The notes: generated from the letters alone by a model not told the origin. A DNA stretch of 63,462 nt, filler included, from Polymyxa betae A26-41 (GCA_003693705.1; 6 parts of 6 records of this genome joined end to end with filler, not necessarily neighbours in it); one strand, 5' to 3'. Shown: positions 38,514 to 51,074, numbered from the whole stretch's first letter. Numbers and translations: made by a program.

Positions 38514-41500
38514 TGTGGATGATTTTCTGGTCATTGGCAATTATTTGATCAAAGAGGCTAGGAACCAGCTGCGGTTCCAGACGGAAGCCACCCGTCTCGG
38601 CATCCGTTTAGACCCTGCCAAACGAACGAAACCCACTACGCAACAAACATTCATTGGCTTCAACTTTGACACGGATGTCATGATTGTTTCGATACCACCT
38701 GACAAGCTAACGAAGGCCAAGCCCAGGATTAAATGGATTATAGAGGCCAAGTCGATCTCCCGCCTTCAGATCCAGCAGGTTCTCAGAACACTGAATCATC
38801 TGGCCCAGATCATGCCAGCTGGACGTACCTTCCTTTTCCGATTTCGACGACTGTTAAGTCATCCAGCATCTCATTTTCGCTCAACGATCCCGATCCCGGA
38901 AGGAGTAACGCAAGACATGGCCACCTGGCTCCGCTTTATCGACTCATGGAATGCCTCTTATTCAATAATTTCCGAGCAAGACGTCCACCAGGACGAGATT
39001 GCAAGGCTGGCAGAGCATGGGTTTTTTGGATTGGGGTTTTTTGGGTTTTATTAATAAAACCCATTTCTAAATTTCTAGAAAAATCGTTTTTTTTTGTTTT
39101 TGCCAAAAGTCCGCCACGGAGTTAGGACTCTTCCGTTTCCGCTGTCGGTTTGATCGCTGCAGGCACTCCATTGATGTCAATGACGGACCAACCCCAAGCT
39201 GCCTCCATCGATATTTCCCACGACGGCGCTGTTGATCTTGATGAAGAACACGCTGAAGTTACCGCCGTCCCGGAGCCTAAACGACTAGGCCGGAAAACCG
39301 CCGATGTCTGGGCGTTATTTACTGACTGCATGGAACCACAGAAAGCACAATCTGCTACCTGTAAATACTGCAAGACTTGTGTCACCTATCGTCGTAAATC
39401 GGAACGTGTTAAAGTAAACCGTTTGTGAAGTCCATGATGTTGCTGGAGGCGGACGCACGTCCTGAATGTTTTGTCTCTTTGTGCTCTAATAAGAGAAAAC
39501 AATGTGAATCAATGTCGAATCAGTCGGGAGGCGGAGGACAGTCCTCCATTCAAAGTTTCATGCTCCCGGCCCTTACAAAAAAAGATAATGAAAAAATCAA
39601 TCAATTCATCGCAATGCATTATTACGTCACTGGGACGTCTTTCCAACGTATCGAAGAAGAAAATTTATGAAAAGCATTTCAGTTATGTCGTCCAGACGAC
39701 GAACTCCCTGACCGTAAGGAACTGGCTGGCCCTCTATTGCAACAAGTTCACGATCAGTTGCAGATTTCTAAGACAACGTTTTATTGTTTGACTACCGACG
39801 GCTGGTCGAATATCAAGAACGAACCGATACTGAATTACATGTTAATTGGTGCCAACATGTCTTTATTCATGGAGAATATCGGTACGAAGGAGCAAGGTCA
39901 CACGGCTCAGTTCATCGCTGACGATCTGAGCCGTGTCATTGATAGCCAAACCGCTCTTGGTCTCAATATCTGTGGAGCAGTCACAGATAATACTGCCACA
40001 AACAAGCTAGCCTGGAAATTGTTGCAGTCAAAGTTTCCTGGCATGTTCTTCCAAGGTATTTTCGCTGCCACCAAAGCAAAGCGCGGAAGGGCGGTTGCCG
40101 ACTATCCAGACGGGTACCCGTCCGAGTATCTGCTCAGGTTCGCTTCAAGTTGTAAAGATGTCGTGTCTTTCTTTTCCTATTATCACCAGATCAAAGACAA
40201 GCTTGTAAAGGAACAAAAAGTGCAGAAGTTACCCGGACTAATTCAACCTGCGGCAACAAGATGGGGCAGTCTGAAGGATTGTTTTCTCAGCATGCTGAAG
40301 AGCGAATCAATCCTTCACAGCATTGTTACCGCACGACATTTTGTCTCAGGTACTGCCAAGATGAAGGCCAGCGCTCAGAAGGGCCTTCGAAGTCATTACT
40401 GATGAAAATTTCGTGTCTTATCTCGAGAAAAGCATCGCAGTTTTGGAACCTATCGACAATGCGATCGTCAAGTTCCAAATGGGTTCAGTACCGCTTTCTG
40501 AGATTGATCGCGCTCTGAAGGTCGATCTTCCACAGCAATTCAAACATTTAATGTGCTTGGGACCAGGTGAGCAGGACTACCTAATACAATTGGTACAAGC
40601 GCGACTGGATATTCTATATGACGACGCCATCGGGATAGGTTATCTTCTCGATCCTCGTGATGTGGGTGACGCAATAATGACAGGGAAGGAAAAAAAGAAT
40701 GTTGAGGACATTTTGGTCGGTTCAGTGCCAGCTGATTCCATCGAGGCAATAAATATGGTAATATGTCAAGCTCCAAGTCAATTCGTACCATGTACGCGAA
40801 GAAAATGGCTTCCGTTTCAAGATGTTGTTGAAACAATCCAAGACTGTGCTCCAATATTGACTGGTTGATGGAATGCAATACCCTTTGCTTCGTGGGATTG
40901 CGCTTAAAATGTTTAGTTTGGTCACTTCAAGTGCCGCCTCTGAAAGAAACTTTTCACCAGCTGGTTTCATTAATTCAAAATTGCGGAATTCTTTGAAGGA
41001 AGAAAGTATTAAGCAATTGCTCTTCATTAAGACCAACGCTCCTCAGGTCTGCGGCATGAAGCAACTCTCGGACGACGGCTGTAAATCTGATGAAGATGAG
41101 AGTCGAAGTAATGGTTCATTTGCGAGCAATTTAGAAATTAGCGATGATGAGCCTGCTTGCTTGGATGACTGAATATGACGCTCTATGGCTGTGTTCTGAC
41201 CGCTGTTCGACAAAACCCAAAGATTTTTGGGTTTTTTGGGTTTTTAATGTTGAAAACCCCAAAACCCAAAACACTTTTTAGGAAAAAGCGGGTTTTTGCC
41301 ACCCCTGCGAGATTGGTCTCTTCACTGATGCATCCGACTGGGGCATGGGCGGATGGAACAGTGAGGCACAGGACTGGTTCAGTACCCCTGACGGATGAGG
41401 TCAAGTCCAATCACATCGGAGTACATGAAATGATAGCGGTCAGATACGCCCTGGCCCTCTGGGGCTCCCAGTGGGCGGGCCGCACCATTACTATCCATAC

Positions 41501-41741
41501 TGATAATAAGGCTGATGTTAACACCATGATTAAGAGATCGCCTCTGGCGGACGTCATCCGTGCCATGTCCTGTCTGGAGCTGAAGTTCCGATGTCGTATT
41601 GTCTTGGAACATGTGGCGGGTGAGCACAACAGCATCGCGGACGCCTTCTCCCGAGGGGACACCACTCGATTCTATCAACTGGCCAGCCCGATGTTGGGGG
41701 ACAAGACGGCGAACCAGTACGTTAAAACAGATCACAACTAA
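38514..41741 (+). pseudogene. RT C-terminus/RNase H of the YR retroelement, split by a hAT insertion
   Basis: Removing the hAT and one TSD copy restores HQDEIGLFTDASDWGMGG, followed by HIGVHEMIAV, IHTDN and EHVAGEHNSIADAFSR (DIRS-type RNase H). Confidence 0.9.
39002..41307 (+). mobile_element. hAT DNA transposon with decayed BED-finger transposase
   Basis: Perfect 8-bp TSD CGAGATTG (38994-39001 and 41308-41315). TIRs CAAGGCTGGCA / (rc) CAGGGGTGGCA with GGGTTTTT subterminal repeats. Motifs: VWALF...CKYC, TTDGWS, VTDN, TRW, YLLDPR and SSAASERNFS. Confidence 0.96.
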
Positions 41742-42123
41742 TTAAAACAAAAGAAAGGATTCTAGAGAAGAGAATTAGGAAAGCAAGTGCGTTAAACGGA
41801 GAAACGCTACCTCTAGATTGATCAGAGCCTAGAGGCGGAAATCACCGTATAGATATTGCGCTCCACGGTAAAACGCGGCCTCCATAAAGGCCCCAGAAAT
41901 GACCGCAGACGCCCCCCACACCCAAACTTGTATTCCGAAGACAATGACAAAGCGACGAACGATTACTGAACACCTGTTCAAACCGAACACGATTTTAAAG
42001 TTTGCTCGACACATCGCCAAGCGACAAGCCGAGGAAGAATGTCCACAGGAAGGACTATGTTAGCGAAAGGCCAAAGCCGCAGACCCAGATGCCTTAACGA
42101 AAAGAGGACTTGAATTTCTGACT

Positions 42124-43148
42124 ATGCTGGAAGAACGCAAAGTCTTTGATGAGGCACCGCTCTCCGTGGAGAGACCTGAGCTGATTCAATCTCTGAGGAT
42201 GGCTCTTGCCCAAAGTCATTCAAATGGATCCCTGAACGCTTATCGTCTGCATGGCGGAATTTCTGCGGCTGGTGTTCTACGCACGACGTTTCGAGCGCTA
42301 ACCCGACAGAGACGACCCTGTCCGCCTATGTGTGGGATCGATTCATCTCTCCCAAGGATCGCGGCGGATTGGCATATGCTACTCTCAAGAATTATCAATT
42401 CGGGATCGGCCATTACCTGGCAGCCGGGAACGCGAAAGTAAATCTCTTGGATGAGATGCCGCTTCTAGATCCGATTATGACACGAATTCACGTACTACAT
42501 GGTGAAAAGGCACAGGACCAAAGGAAGTCAATCTACTGGTGGATGCTACAAGCAATCAAGGATTCAGGAAGTGTTCGAAGTATTGAACATCCCAATATGC
42601 GTGCTCTAGCAATGCTTGGTAGAGAATTCCTATACCGATTGCGGGAGTTAACTGCAGAGCATCAAACCTCCGAAGACTACCCGGCGACGGCACAGTGGTC
42701 AACGGGCGCCAGAAAGGGAGTCGCTTACATCGAATTACGGCCAGTTAAAACGAACAAGTGGCGACAACCGATCCAGGTTGCACACCCACTTCACAGCGAC
42801 AAGGGAGCAGCACATCTCACACAAGACATTCTGGCGAAACTGCCCAATACATGGCCGTTGGACCCTTTGTTTCAGGATAACAAGGGACGGCCTACCACCC
42901 GGAAGCAGTTCACAAAATGGTTGGGGGATAGTCTGAAGGCCCTGGGTATTGAGGATACGGGATATCGAGGGCATAGACTCAGGATTGGAGGAGCTACAGA
43001 GTTCAAGGAGATCTGGGTCTCAGACCATGTGATCAAGGCAATGGGGAGATGGACCTCCAGCTGCTATATGCGTTACCAGCGCACGAATCCGGCTGAAATT
43101 TTACAAGCCATTCGGAAGGCACATAATCGATCACAGTCCCGAGACTGA
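42124..43148 (+). pseudogene. Tyrosine recombinase of the Ngaro/PAT-like element (frameshift near the 5' end)
   Basis: Catalytic motifs FLYRLREL (R), VKT (K), GHRLRIGGAT (HxLR) and GRWTSSCYMRY (W...Y). Confidence 0.92.
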
Positions 43149-44938
43149 TAATAAATGGTGAACAGAACTATAATTCGAAAACTCAGAGTTGTGTGAAGAG
43201 AGCTTCTGAGAGAAATTGTCTACAGCTAGGATTTGCGGATGATGGCGGGGAAGGGGCAGGTTCGGAAACAGTAATCCGAAGTTAGCCGCAGGACCCTCCG
43301 ACCCAAATTGCCAAGCCGAAACGTCAATTTAGGTATCCGGTCGAGAGAGCGAACCACAAGTTACGCGAACGAGGAACAGATACCGCTATTGACTGCCACG
43401 AAGGTAATATATGACAAGACACCCCTATGAAATTTCTGCGGCTAGGTCCGTGGCGCAGTCCGGACCCCAGCCGCCACGAGGGAGGGAGACCAAGCTCTCC
43501 CGACCTCTGGACTCTCACTCTTCGATCTCGCGTGCATTGCCCCGTAGCCAACCAAGCCTAACAAAAAGGAATTGAATACCGATAAGCCGAATAATAATAA
43601 GAACAACCGGGGAAAGGGCTGAGAAGATTCTCAAAACGAACGAGATCTTCGGCCCTTCCGGCCTTTCCACCCAACCGAAGTGAGACATCAATTCATACAC
43701 ATGGCAAGCGTGCGGAACATTGTGGAGCAAGCGGCAGACATGTGCGGTTATTGAAGGCCGGCGCCCACAGTTATAGAAGCTGCGTACCACGGTGATACGC
43801 GGCCTCCTGATTAATCGCCCAGATGTGGTCAGACTGTTCCAACAATAGTTGCGTCCACGGAATTACGAGGCCTCCTAACGGGAAGCGCGGCCTCGATTTA
43901 GTATACATTAACAAGAGCCCTAAAAAAAAACAATCTTATTTCCGGACTTCCGGTATCCGCAGCGGTCGGCCAAGACGGGCACTGTCTCTCCGACCGCGAC
44001 TAAACCGAACGACGAGTTCCCCTCGTCGCCAGCCAAAAGAAAGGTCGGGGAAGGGGCTGGTTCGGAAACAGTAATCCGATGTTGGCCGCAGCCCCTCCGA
44101 CGCAAATTTCCCAAGCCGAGACGTCAAGTGATAAAGACATTAGGACCATCCACTGCTTCTACGGGGGCTATCCTTCCCCTCCCCAAGATCAAGGGTGGCA
44201 CGTCTCACTCTACAGGTAACAAACCTATCGACAGTGGAGGCGTAAGTATATCCTCGAAGGACCCAAAGCCAACAGAGAAGAGTGGAGATGCCCAACCAAC
44301 CGAGGAAGATAACGGAGGGTCAGAACAGTACGGCCCAGACACTGAAGAGGTGAGGGATCGGAGGGAGGAGGAGAAGAATGACGAAAAGGGTGATGAGAAG
44401 GGCGACGATGGAGATGATGAAGATCAGGAGGAAGAGCTATTTATGCATACGGGCCAACGTTAACTAATAACAGTTGCAAGTGTTAGGTGTTACGCATTTA
44501 AAAAATACATCGTTCGTTCAATGTACTACCCACCTCTACCGTACTTCAACTATCGTGGTACGTGCCGTGTTCAACAGCGATACAGTCATACTATCCCAAT
44601 CCGCACTGTTGCATGTTCGCGCACCGCACTTGGTGTATATCTTGTTAGTGTTCGCATCCCGTCTGAGTGCGTGGTTAAGGCCGTTGGATCTATTGTTTAG
44701 ATCATCCGATTAACTTGTTTCCCACATATCGGATTCCTATCACAAACCCAACGCTTACACTCACTGACCAGATCACTGTAACACTGTAGAAGCAGGAGGG
44801 AAAACTTACATACAAACCCACCATACGAGATTCCTTTTTATTTTTTATTTTGCGGTGTACATCGTTAAGTTAGGGTAGTATGTTATCCTACACTAGTAGC
44901 AGTGTATAAGTAAGGAGCCGCCAAGTAGTCATGTAGTT

Positions 44939-45733
44939 ATGGTCAACAAGTTGAGAGTGTACAGTATGACGCTAACAAGTATATCTGTTGATGGAACCTT
45001 CATACGAAAGGATGGGAATACTTACAATCTCACCGAGAAATCCATCCTTGATGATCAGGAGTTGCTCAATAACACTAATCTGACTTTCGACTCGGAACAG
45101 GACATAAGTGCTAGTCTCAATACATCCAATAACATTTTCATAAGGACTGGTGCTGTTGTTTATCCAAATGCCGAGATCTCTCTATTCCTTTACATGCCTT
45201 GCATAGTCGAATACCGAAGCAACATCGGTAACAGTCGTTCATACGGAACAGGAGGTCGCACATGGCAAACTAACTACTTAGGAACGTATGCATCGGTAGG
45301 CATACATGAAAATTTGTTGGCCTGGCTGGCTGATCGTATAGATAACGAGGTGGAGGACGCATCGATGCGACCACCCTGGGAAGACGAGCGCATAACCAAG
45401 ATACGCATGCATGACAAACACGCCAGGATGAACTGCAAGCTGGCTGCACAGACCTCGCAATCTAACACTAAAACTTTCAAGGCGTTCATCCGAGTCGGTA
45501 ATAGCATAAACCCTTTACGTCAATCCGAGTTCATGAATAAAGTGAAAAGTAACGTGGCAGGCCTGGGTCTATTCACCTTCCGACTTAAGCGTACGGGCAA
45601 GAAGGAGCAGGCCACACCCTACACACTTTCCATGACTCTCGTTGAGTTTAACGTATCATCTAAGACAGATCTGTCGGGCCCTCCCATCATTGAAAACGCC
45701 CGTTCTACTATACCAGAACGATATCTGGGTTAA
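44939..45733 (+). CDS. Intronless orphan ORF (264 aa), possibly virus-derived or OB-fold-like
   Basis: Long intact ORF inside otherwise decayed TE sequence, rich in beta-strand-like segments. The surrounding DNA appears unusually rich in TA dinucleotides. No family recognised with certainty. Confidence 0.55.
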   Translation: MVNKLRVYSMTLTSISVDGTFIRKDGNTYNLTEKSILDDQELLNNTNLTFDSEQDISASLNTSNNIFIRTGAVVYPNAEISLFLYMPCIVEYRSNIGNSRSYGTGGRTWQTNYLGTYASVGIHENLLAWLADRIDNEVEDASMRPPWEDERITKIRMHDKHARMNCKLAAQTSQSNTKTFKAFIRVGNSINPLRQSEFMNKVKSNVAGLGLFTFRLKRTGKKEQATPYTLSMTLVEFNVSSKTDLSGPPIIENARSTIPERYLG

Positions 45734-47271
45734 TTTGAGCCTGTAGCGATTTCCTTTACCAGTCTGGCAAACATTCTTCAGAAAGTTATGGAAAGCCTCC
45801 GCTTGGGCAGTCGTGTCCGGAATTGTAGGATCTCCATAACAAACTGCCAGCTTAAGAGCTCTTTTCTTTCAGAAAACATTATGTTTATTCTAATATTGGA
45901 GACGTCACTTCGCTTTCATTCTTGTTGTGATATCAATTCCAGAAGCGATCTTATTCGAAATTTGTCATAATTTGATGAAAAATATGATAAATGAGGGTTC
46001 ATGTTCTGCCGATTTCGCGATAGATGACACCATCGACCACTCTGAGATGTCCTCTGCGGGTTCCGAGCTGTGTATTTCCTAACATTTACCGGAACGGTAT
46101 TCGAAAAAAGAAAGAGAGAGCCCACAAATTGTGAGGAATAGGGTGCGCACATTTTTATATGCGGGCGCAGCCCACCGCTGCTCGGCGCAATTCCAATTTT
46201 AGCTAGACGCGGTGGCCACAGCCGATTCGGAGTCGAAGGAGATAGGCGGTTCTGCGTCCATATCCCCGGCCTGAGTCTCCGGGGAGGCTACAGCCGCCAA
46301 AACACCCTGGGATCCGGGGGACTGTAGTGTTAAATCTGGCAGAGAGTGCTGTTGGACCCCATCTGGAATGATCCACATCGTTTTCGAAGATGTTCCTGTG
46401 GGTGTTTTTGGTGGATCCTGGAGCTCATATGAGTGTTATCTGGCCGGAAATCGCACTCTTGGCTGAGGCTCCAATCTGGCCGTTGGGGCCCCAGAACTGA
46501 CGGCTGCAGAAGTTTGCCGTCGGAGCTGTAGGCATTTCGGGAATGGCAATTTTGAAGTTCACACTTGGCGGTAAAAGAGTTCACTGGTGATTTTGTTGCT
46601 TGCGACTGCAATTTGATCGGATTTCCGGCCGTAATCTTCTAACGCAATCTAGTACACTTGATGATGCCTCAAATGGATTGTGGTTGGAAGAGCCCTCCGT
46701 GTTCATGACCAACGGAACTGCGCAGGCCTAGCCTGACATGCCTTATCCTGCGACATTCTGCCTAACGCAGCCGAAATCTGCGTTTTGGATCGAGACCTGA
46801 AAATACCTGCAATTTTGCCAAAGTGAGCTTCGGAGCCAGATCAGCAATGTGAGACCATCCGCGAATATCTGTGTCCCTTTCCTACTCCTTTCATGCGAAA
46901 TTCCAATTGCCGTGGTTTGCAAAAAAAGTTATTGAAAATTAAAAAAGTTTGAATGTTGTTCTGACATGGCGTTGGTTGATTGTTTAATGAACGTTGAATG
47001 AAGAATGATACATCTCCTAATCACTTTCTTGGTAACATCATGTCACAGTTCGAATCGCTCTTCTGACCATTCTTCTCATATACCTGGGATCTTGCTGAGG
47101 AAATTTGCTTTGAATCGGTACGTTTTTGCATTATCGGTTAGGGTTGATGCCGACCCTTTCTGAAATTTTCTCTCTCCTCAGATTATTAGCATTATTACAG
47201 TGTAGGTTTTCTATGTTTATAAAAGCAGTTGGCTGATTTAAGAATGCATTTCCTGTTCATGTTCTTCGGTC

Positions 47272-48120
47272 TTGTCACTGGTGGGACGCATTTGATTTCA
47301 CATTTCCGCTTGAAGGGCCTTGTGGGGCCAGACTAGAACTGATTTTAGTTCAACCTGAAGTTTGTTAAGCCTGTGCTGATCGTTTTCGTGTATTGTTCGG
47401 GGCATCCCGCGTTCTTGTGGCAGAGATGGCATCGAATCAAAGGTAAAGAGTTTATGATGCCCAATTTCGATATTTTTCTCTATTGTCAGTTTATTAATGC
47501 TGTAAACGCCGTCTGAAACTCTTAAATCAGTTGGTTGCTTTACATATGCTTTTGTCTTTCTATTTCGAAGGTTTTCGTCACTGATGGGACGCAAGGTTTC
47601 TCCTTTTTGCTTGTATTGCCTTCTGGGCCCATCTAACATTGCTGTTTGCTTATTCTAAAGAATAGAAACCTGGTACTGAATACTTTCGTGTATAGATCGG
47701 GACGTCCCGAGTTTTCGTGGCGGTGATGGTATCGAAATCCAATGTACTCTCTAAATTGTTTTATCAGCTAGGGTCGATGATGCCAAATTTTGAAATTTCT
47801 CTCTTCTTAGTATTATTCATGCTTATAAACTTTTTCTGCAACTTAAATCGGTTGGTTGCTTTTTCAGATGTTATCTTTCTATTTGAATGGGTCTCGTCGC
47901 TGATGGGACCCATGATTTCTCCTTTTCGCTTGCAGTACAATCTGGGCCAATCTAACATTGCTCGTCGTTTGTTCTATAGCTTCGCCATCTTCTACTGATT
48001 GTTCTCGTGTATATGTTGTCGCGGTTCGCGTTTTCGTAACGATATATGATTTGAATCGAATGTAAACTTGCAAAATATCATCGGCTAGGGTGCTTGCTGC
48101 CAATTTACAATATTTCGTCC
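47272..48120 (-). repeat. Degenerate tandem repeats of about 300-320 bp, protein-coding in origin
   Basis: The core gtc(a/g)ctg(a/g)tgggac...ctgggcc.atctaacattgct recurs near 47275 (partial), 47577 and 47896. Peptides RQYKQKGETLRPISDE / RLYCKRKGEIMGPISDE. Confidence 0.7.
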
Positions 48121-48350
48121 TTATCAGTATATTATTGCAGTGATATTTTTTAACATATATTGCTTGCTTCCGCTGGCCGTTGCTGCTGTTCATTTCGCTC
48201 GGGTGGCTGCTATCTGGGATGAACGTGCCCGAGCGGTTGCTCTTTGTGCTGAAGCTGCTGGGCTGGCTCGACCTGGTTGCTGTATTGCTCTTCTGTTCAG
48301 TGATGTTGCAGCTGAGGCGGCCTGATTCAGCTTTGATACTGTTGCTGCTT

Positions 48351-48637
48351 TTACATTGAAAATTTTCGTTTCTTATCTGTGCTCCGTTCTATGTAATAAA
48401 CTGAAAATTGTATCCTTTTTTTATTCCAGTTCTTCCTTTTGTCCATCCTAATTGCGATATAGCCTCTTGTTTCAGGGAGCTTGCCGAGCATGATGTTGAC
48501 TGGCTCGATGCTATCACTGAACACCCATCAGGACCATCTATTGTTTTCAGTTTTGGACATGGGCTCAATCACGGGCAAGCCTGTCTCCTTATCAGTTCCA
48601 TGGCCGACATTTGGGTTCTCCGCCGACATATACCAAT
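48351..48637 (-). repeat. Dispersed repeat, paralog of 63154..63441; probable transposase C-terminus
   Basis: High nucleotide similarity to the window end. It encodes a DWY...DKETGLPVIEP-type peptide. Confidence 0.8.
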
Positions 48638-48771
48638 TAGAGCGGATTCTTCAAATCGCGATTTCAGGTTACTACAAAATCTGTCAGCACTTCGGTCATA
48701 TCGTAAAATTGTATTTTTTATTTCCAGCTCGAGCCAGCTTCATTCAGTTTAGTCCGTTCGGACACCGTACG

Positions 48772-48871
48772 NNNNNNNNNNNNNNNNNNNNNNNNNNNNN
48801 NNNNNNNNNNNNNNNTTAATTAATTAANNNNNNNNNNNNNNNNNNNNNNNNNNNNNNNNNNNNNNNNNNNN
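48772..48871. other. Artificial contig-join spacer
   Basis: N44-TTAATTAATTAA-N44. Confidence 0.98.
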
Positions 48872-49639
48872 CAGCCTCAACGACGCCAGAGTCAATCTTG
48901 GCGACGTCAGTGTCGATCCTCGAACAGAAGATTCGCCTTTCTTCTCCAAACAGAACGCAGCCTTCAGCTGGGCACAATCTCCTTCCCCTGATGACCAGTC
49001 TACTCTAACGTTAGAAGACAGATTTGTCAACCTTAGTGTTCCAGATCGTAAAACTACCAGCACCATTTTAATACATGAGGAGTCACTATTCACTGTTGAT
49101 GATGAAGACAACAACAGGCTTAACAGCAGTTGCGGGATAATAGACTCTAGTTTCTTAACACCACGATCTCCCTTTTCTAAATCGTATTCTTCTTTTTGCA
49201 GTTGCATGAAGCCGTCCATGCATACGCAAATTCTCATATTTTTGGGTGATCACGTAAACTTCGAAATTTTACAAAAGGTGAGTTTGCCAAGGAATATGGA
49301 GACACCGAATTCACAAAAGTATCAAGAAGAGGATACTTCTATTTTAGCAGTTGTGGTATTCCTGAGAGTTCAAAGAAGGTTTGCGTTGCTAAGAACTGTC
49401 CCAACAGACAATCACAGAGCAGGAAGCTCTCGGTGCGCCTTCACTGTGATCGGATAATCAACAAAAGTATCGCAAGTAGGGCGCGAAAGGGAACGAGATT
49501 TATAGAGACATTAGTGATTACTATAGATGAGCGAAAGGGATAGATGGCATAGAGCGATCTGCGACGGAAAGAAGGCTGCGTTTCCGTCGACAGAAGCGCA
49601 GCCTCTTTCGGTCGACTGAAAAATGTTTACCGTGGTGAA

Positions 49640-49930
49640 AGCTGTGAAACCAGTAGGGGAGTAGTAGTAAGGATATGGTACATGGGTTCGAGTCCCTGTA
49701 GGATTGGGCAGCTGCCTTCCTTACCTTATCGATGCCCTCTTAGGTCCTGCTGATAGGTCCGCTTACCATCAACAAGTATCATAACGGGTGAACGACTTTG
49801 AAGCCCCGAAATCGTTAGTAGGGGTTCTGGAATCTATATGGGTAATTTGACAAATCCATCCATGCGTTTTGGAAATATCGCCGCCTGTTGACCAAAAAAT
49901 GGACGAACTAGTCGAATCCAATCCAGTCTA
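49640..49930 (+). mobile_element. Non-LTR retroposon 3' region copy with B-box-like motif and CCAAT-type tail
   Basis: aaccagtag...ggtacatgggttcgagtccctgtaggattgggc aligns with the rc of 59880-59960, and the copy ends in gaatccaatccagtcta. Confidence 0.7.
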
Positions 49931-50166
49931 AAATTTTGGCCAAGGTTTCAGTTGAATTGATCAGATAGTCATTCATAGCTATGTCTCTCCTTCTAACTGT
50001 CTCATTACCATTAACGTTACAAATTTTAAAGGAGATAGAAAAATTCCAATCTTTCAGCAGTTGCTAAACCAGTGAAAGTTTATTTGGAAACAGAGTAGAT
50101 TCCGAGAAAGAAAACGAGCCTCAGATGTTTCAATGTGGTGTAGTACGACCTGCGATATTCCCCTTT

Positions 50167-50784
50167 TCAGTGATCACCATCAATTTGGTGATTTTCGCTG
50201 ATCATGAATTCATCAGATGAGAGATCACCTAATAGGGATTCATGTCGTGAAGAACAATCAGATGATTGGTCGCGTATTGAGAATGATTCAGGTAACAAAA
50301 TCCGATCGGGATTTGCCTCAGATATCAATCGATTTCGATCAGAAGGCGAAGAGCATCCCCATGCGGTGGCAATTTTGTCTCTTGAGATATTCTGCCTTGT
50401 CAAAGACCTCACCTGGCAAATCCGGTTCCAGATGCATCGTCCCATGATTTTATCCCCCACACGATTGACAAATCTCTGAATATCACCTTGATAGCATTTC
50501 TCTAAGCATCGCAGCTGGCTAAATACAGAACGGGTCCAGAAATTGCGAACTGTGCTTGAAAAGTTACTTATTGCTCCCCGATTGGCATAGACAGCGGCGG
50601 AGAAGCAAGCGCCCAGCAATAGACGAACTCGGGGCGTACTGGCCCGGCGGTAATCGTCTGGAATAGTGAGATCGTAGATTTCGCCGCAGTAGTCGACCTG
50701 AAACAGATACTGTGGATTTAGTATGTGAGCAGCCTTCATTAAGTCCGTATATGTCTTGATTTGTTCAATATTAATGAGATACAT
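50167..50784 (-). CDS. Hypothetical protein (205 aa)
   Basis: Open ORF with no recognisable domain. Confidence 0.35.
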   Translation of the reverse strand: MYLINIEQIKTYTDLMKAAHILNPQYLFQVDYCGEIYDLTIPDDYRRASTPRVRLLLGACFSAAVYANRGAISNFSSTVRNFWTRSVFSQLRCLEKCYQGDIQRFVNRVGDKIMGRCIWNRICQVRSLTRQNISRDKIATAWGCSSPSDRNRLISEANPDRILLPESFSIRDQSSDCSSRHESLLGDLSSDEFMISENHQIDGDH

Positions 50785-51074
50785 ATTCTTATTATCAGGA
50801 ATATCCTCTATATATGTCTATTAGATATCATTTCTGTACAATATTCATATTGAAATTTGATGTTGCATGAAACATATAAAAACTAAATACGGGAAATATA
50901 ATGTTACTTACGATCTTCATATGAAGTCAAACAGACAGCTGGTACATCTTGTATGGTAACAGAATTGAGAGAGGAACAAGATGGTTCAGAGCACATCTCT
51001 GTGGATACTCCGTGATTATAATCTTGCGGAGTTTCACCGTATGTCAGAAAAAAATCTACAATGTTGTCAGCATA

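Larger units (their letters stand above)
38188..44127 (+). mobile_element. Tyrosine-recombinase retrotransposon (Ngaro/PAT type, split direct repeats A1...B1-A2-B2), internally deleted
   Basis: A1 38188-38513 matches A2 43688-44013, and B1 43246-43327 matches B2 44046-44127. It contains the RT tail (VDDFLVIG, FIGFNFDT), RNase H and a YR ORF. Confidence 0.93.
37614..46215. mobile_element. MULE-like element bounded by about 70-bp inverted repeats, carrying nested insertions
   Basis: 37614-37682 and 46145-46215 are inverted copies (ccac(c)gcgtctagctaaaatt...tgcgccgag.agcggtgggctgcgccc). The minus strand at about 45775-45820 reads PDTTAQAEAFHNFLK, resembling the MULE TTNxxExxHxxLK motif. No clear TSD. 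Confidence 0.55.

Noticed and set aside
49660-49720. Third tRNA gene at GGTTCGAGTCCC
   Set aside because: No cloverleaf forms. It is part of the retroposon 3' region.
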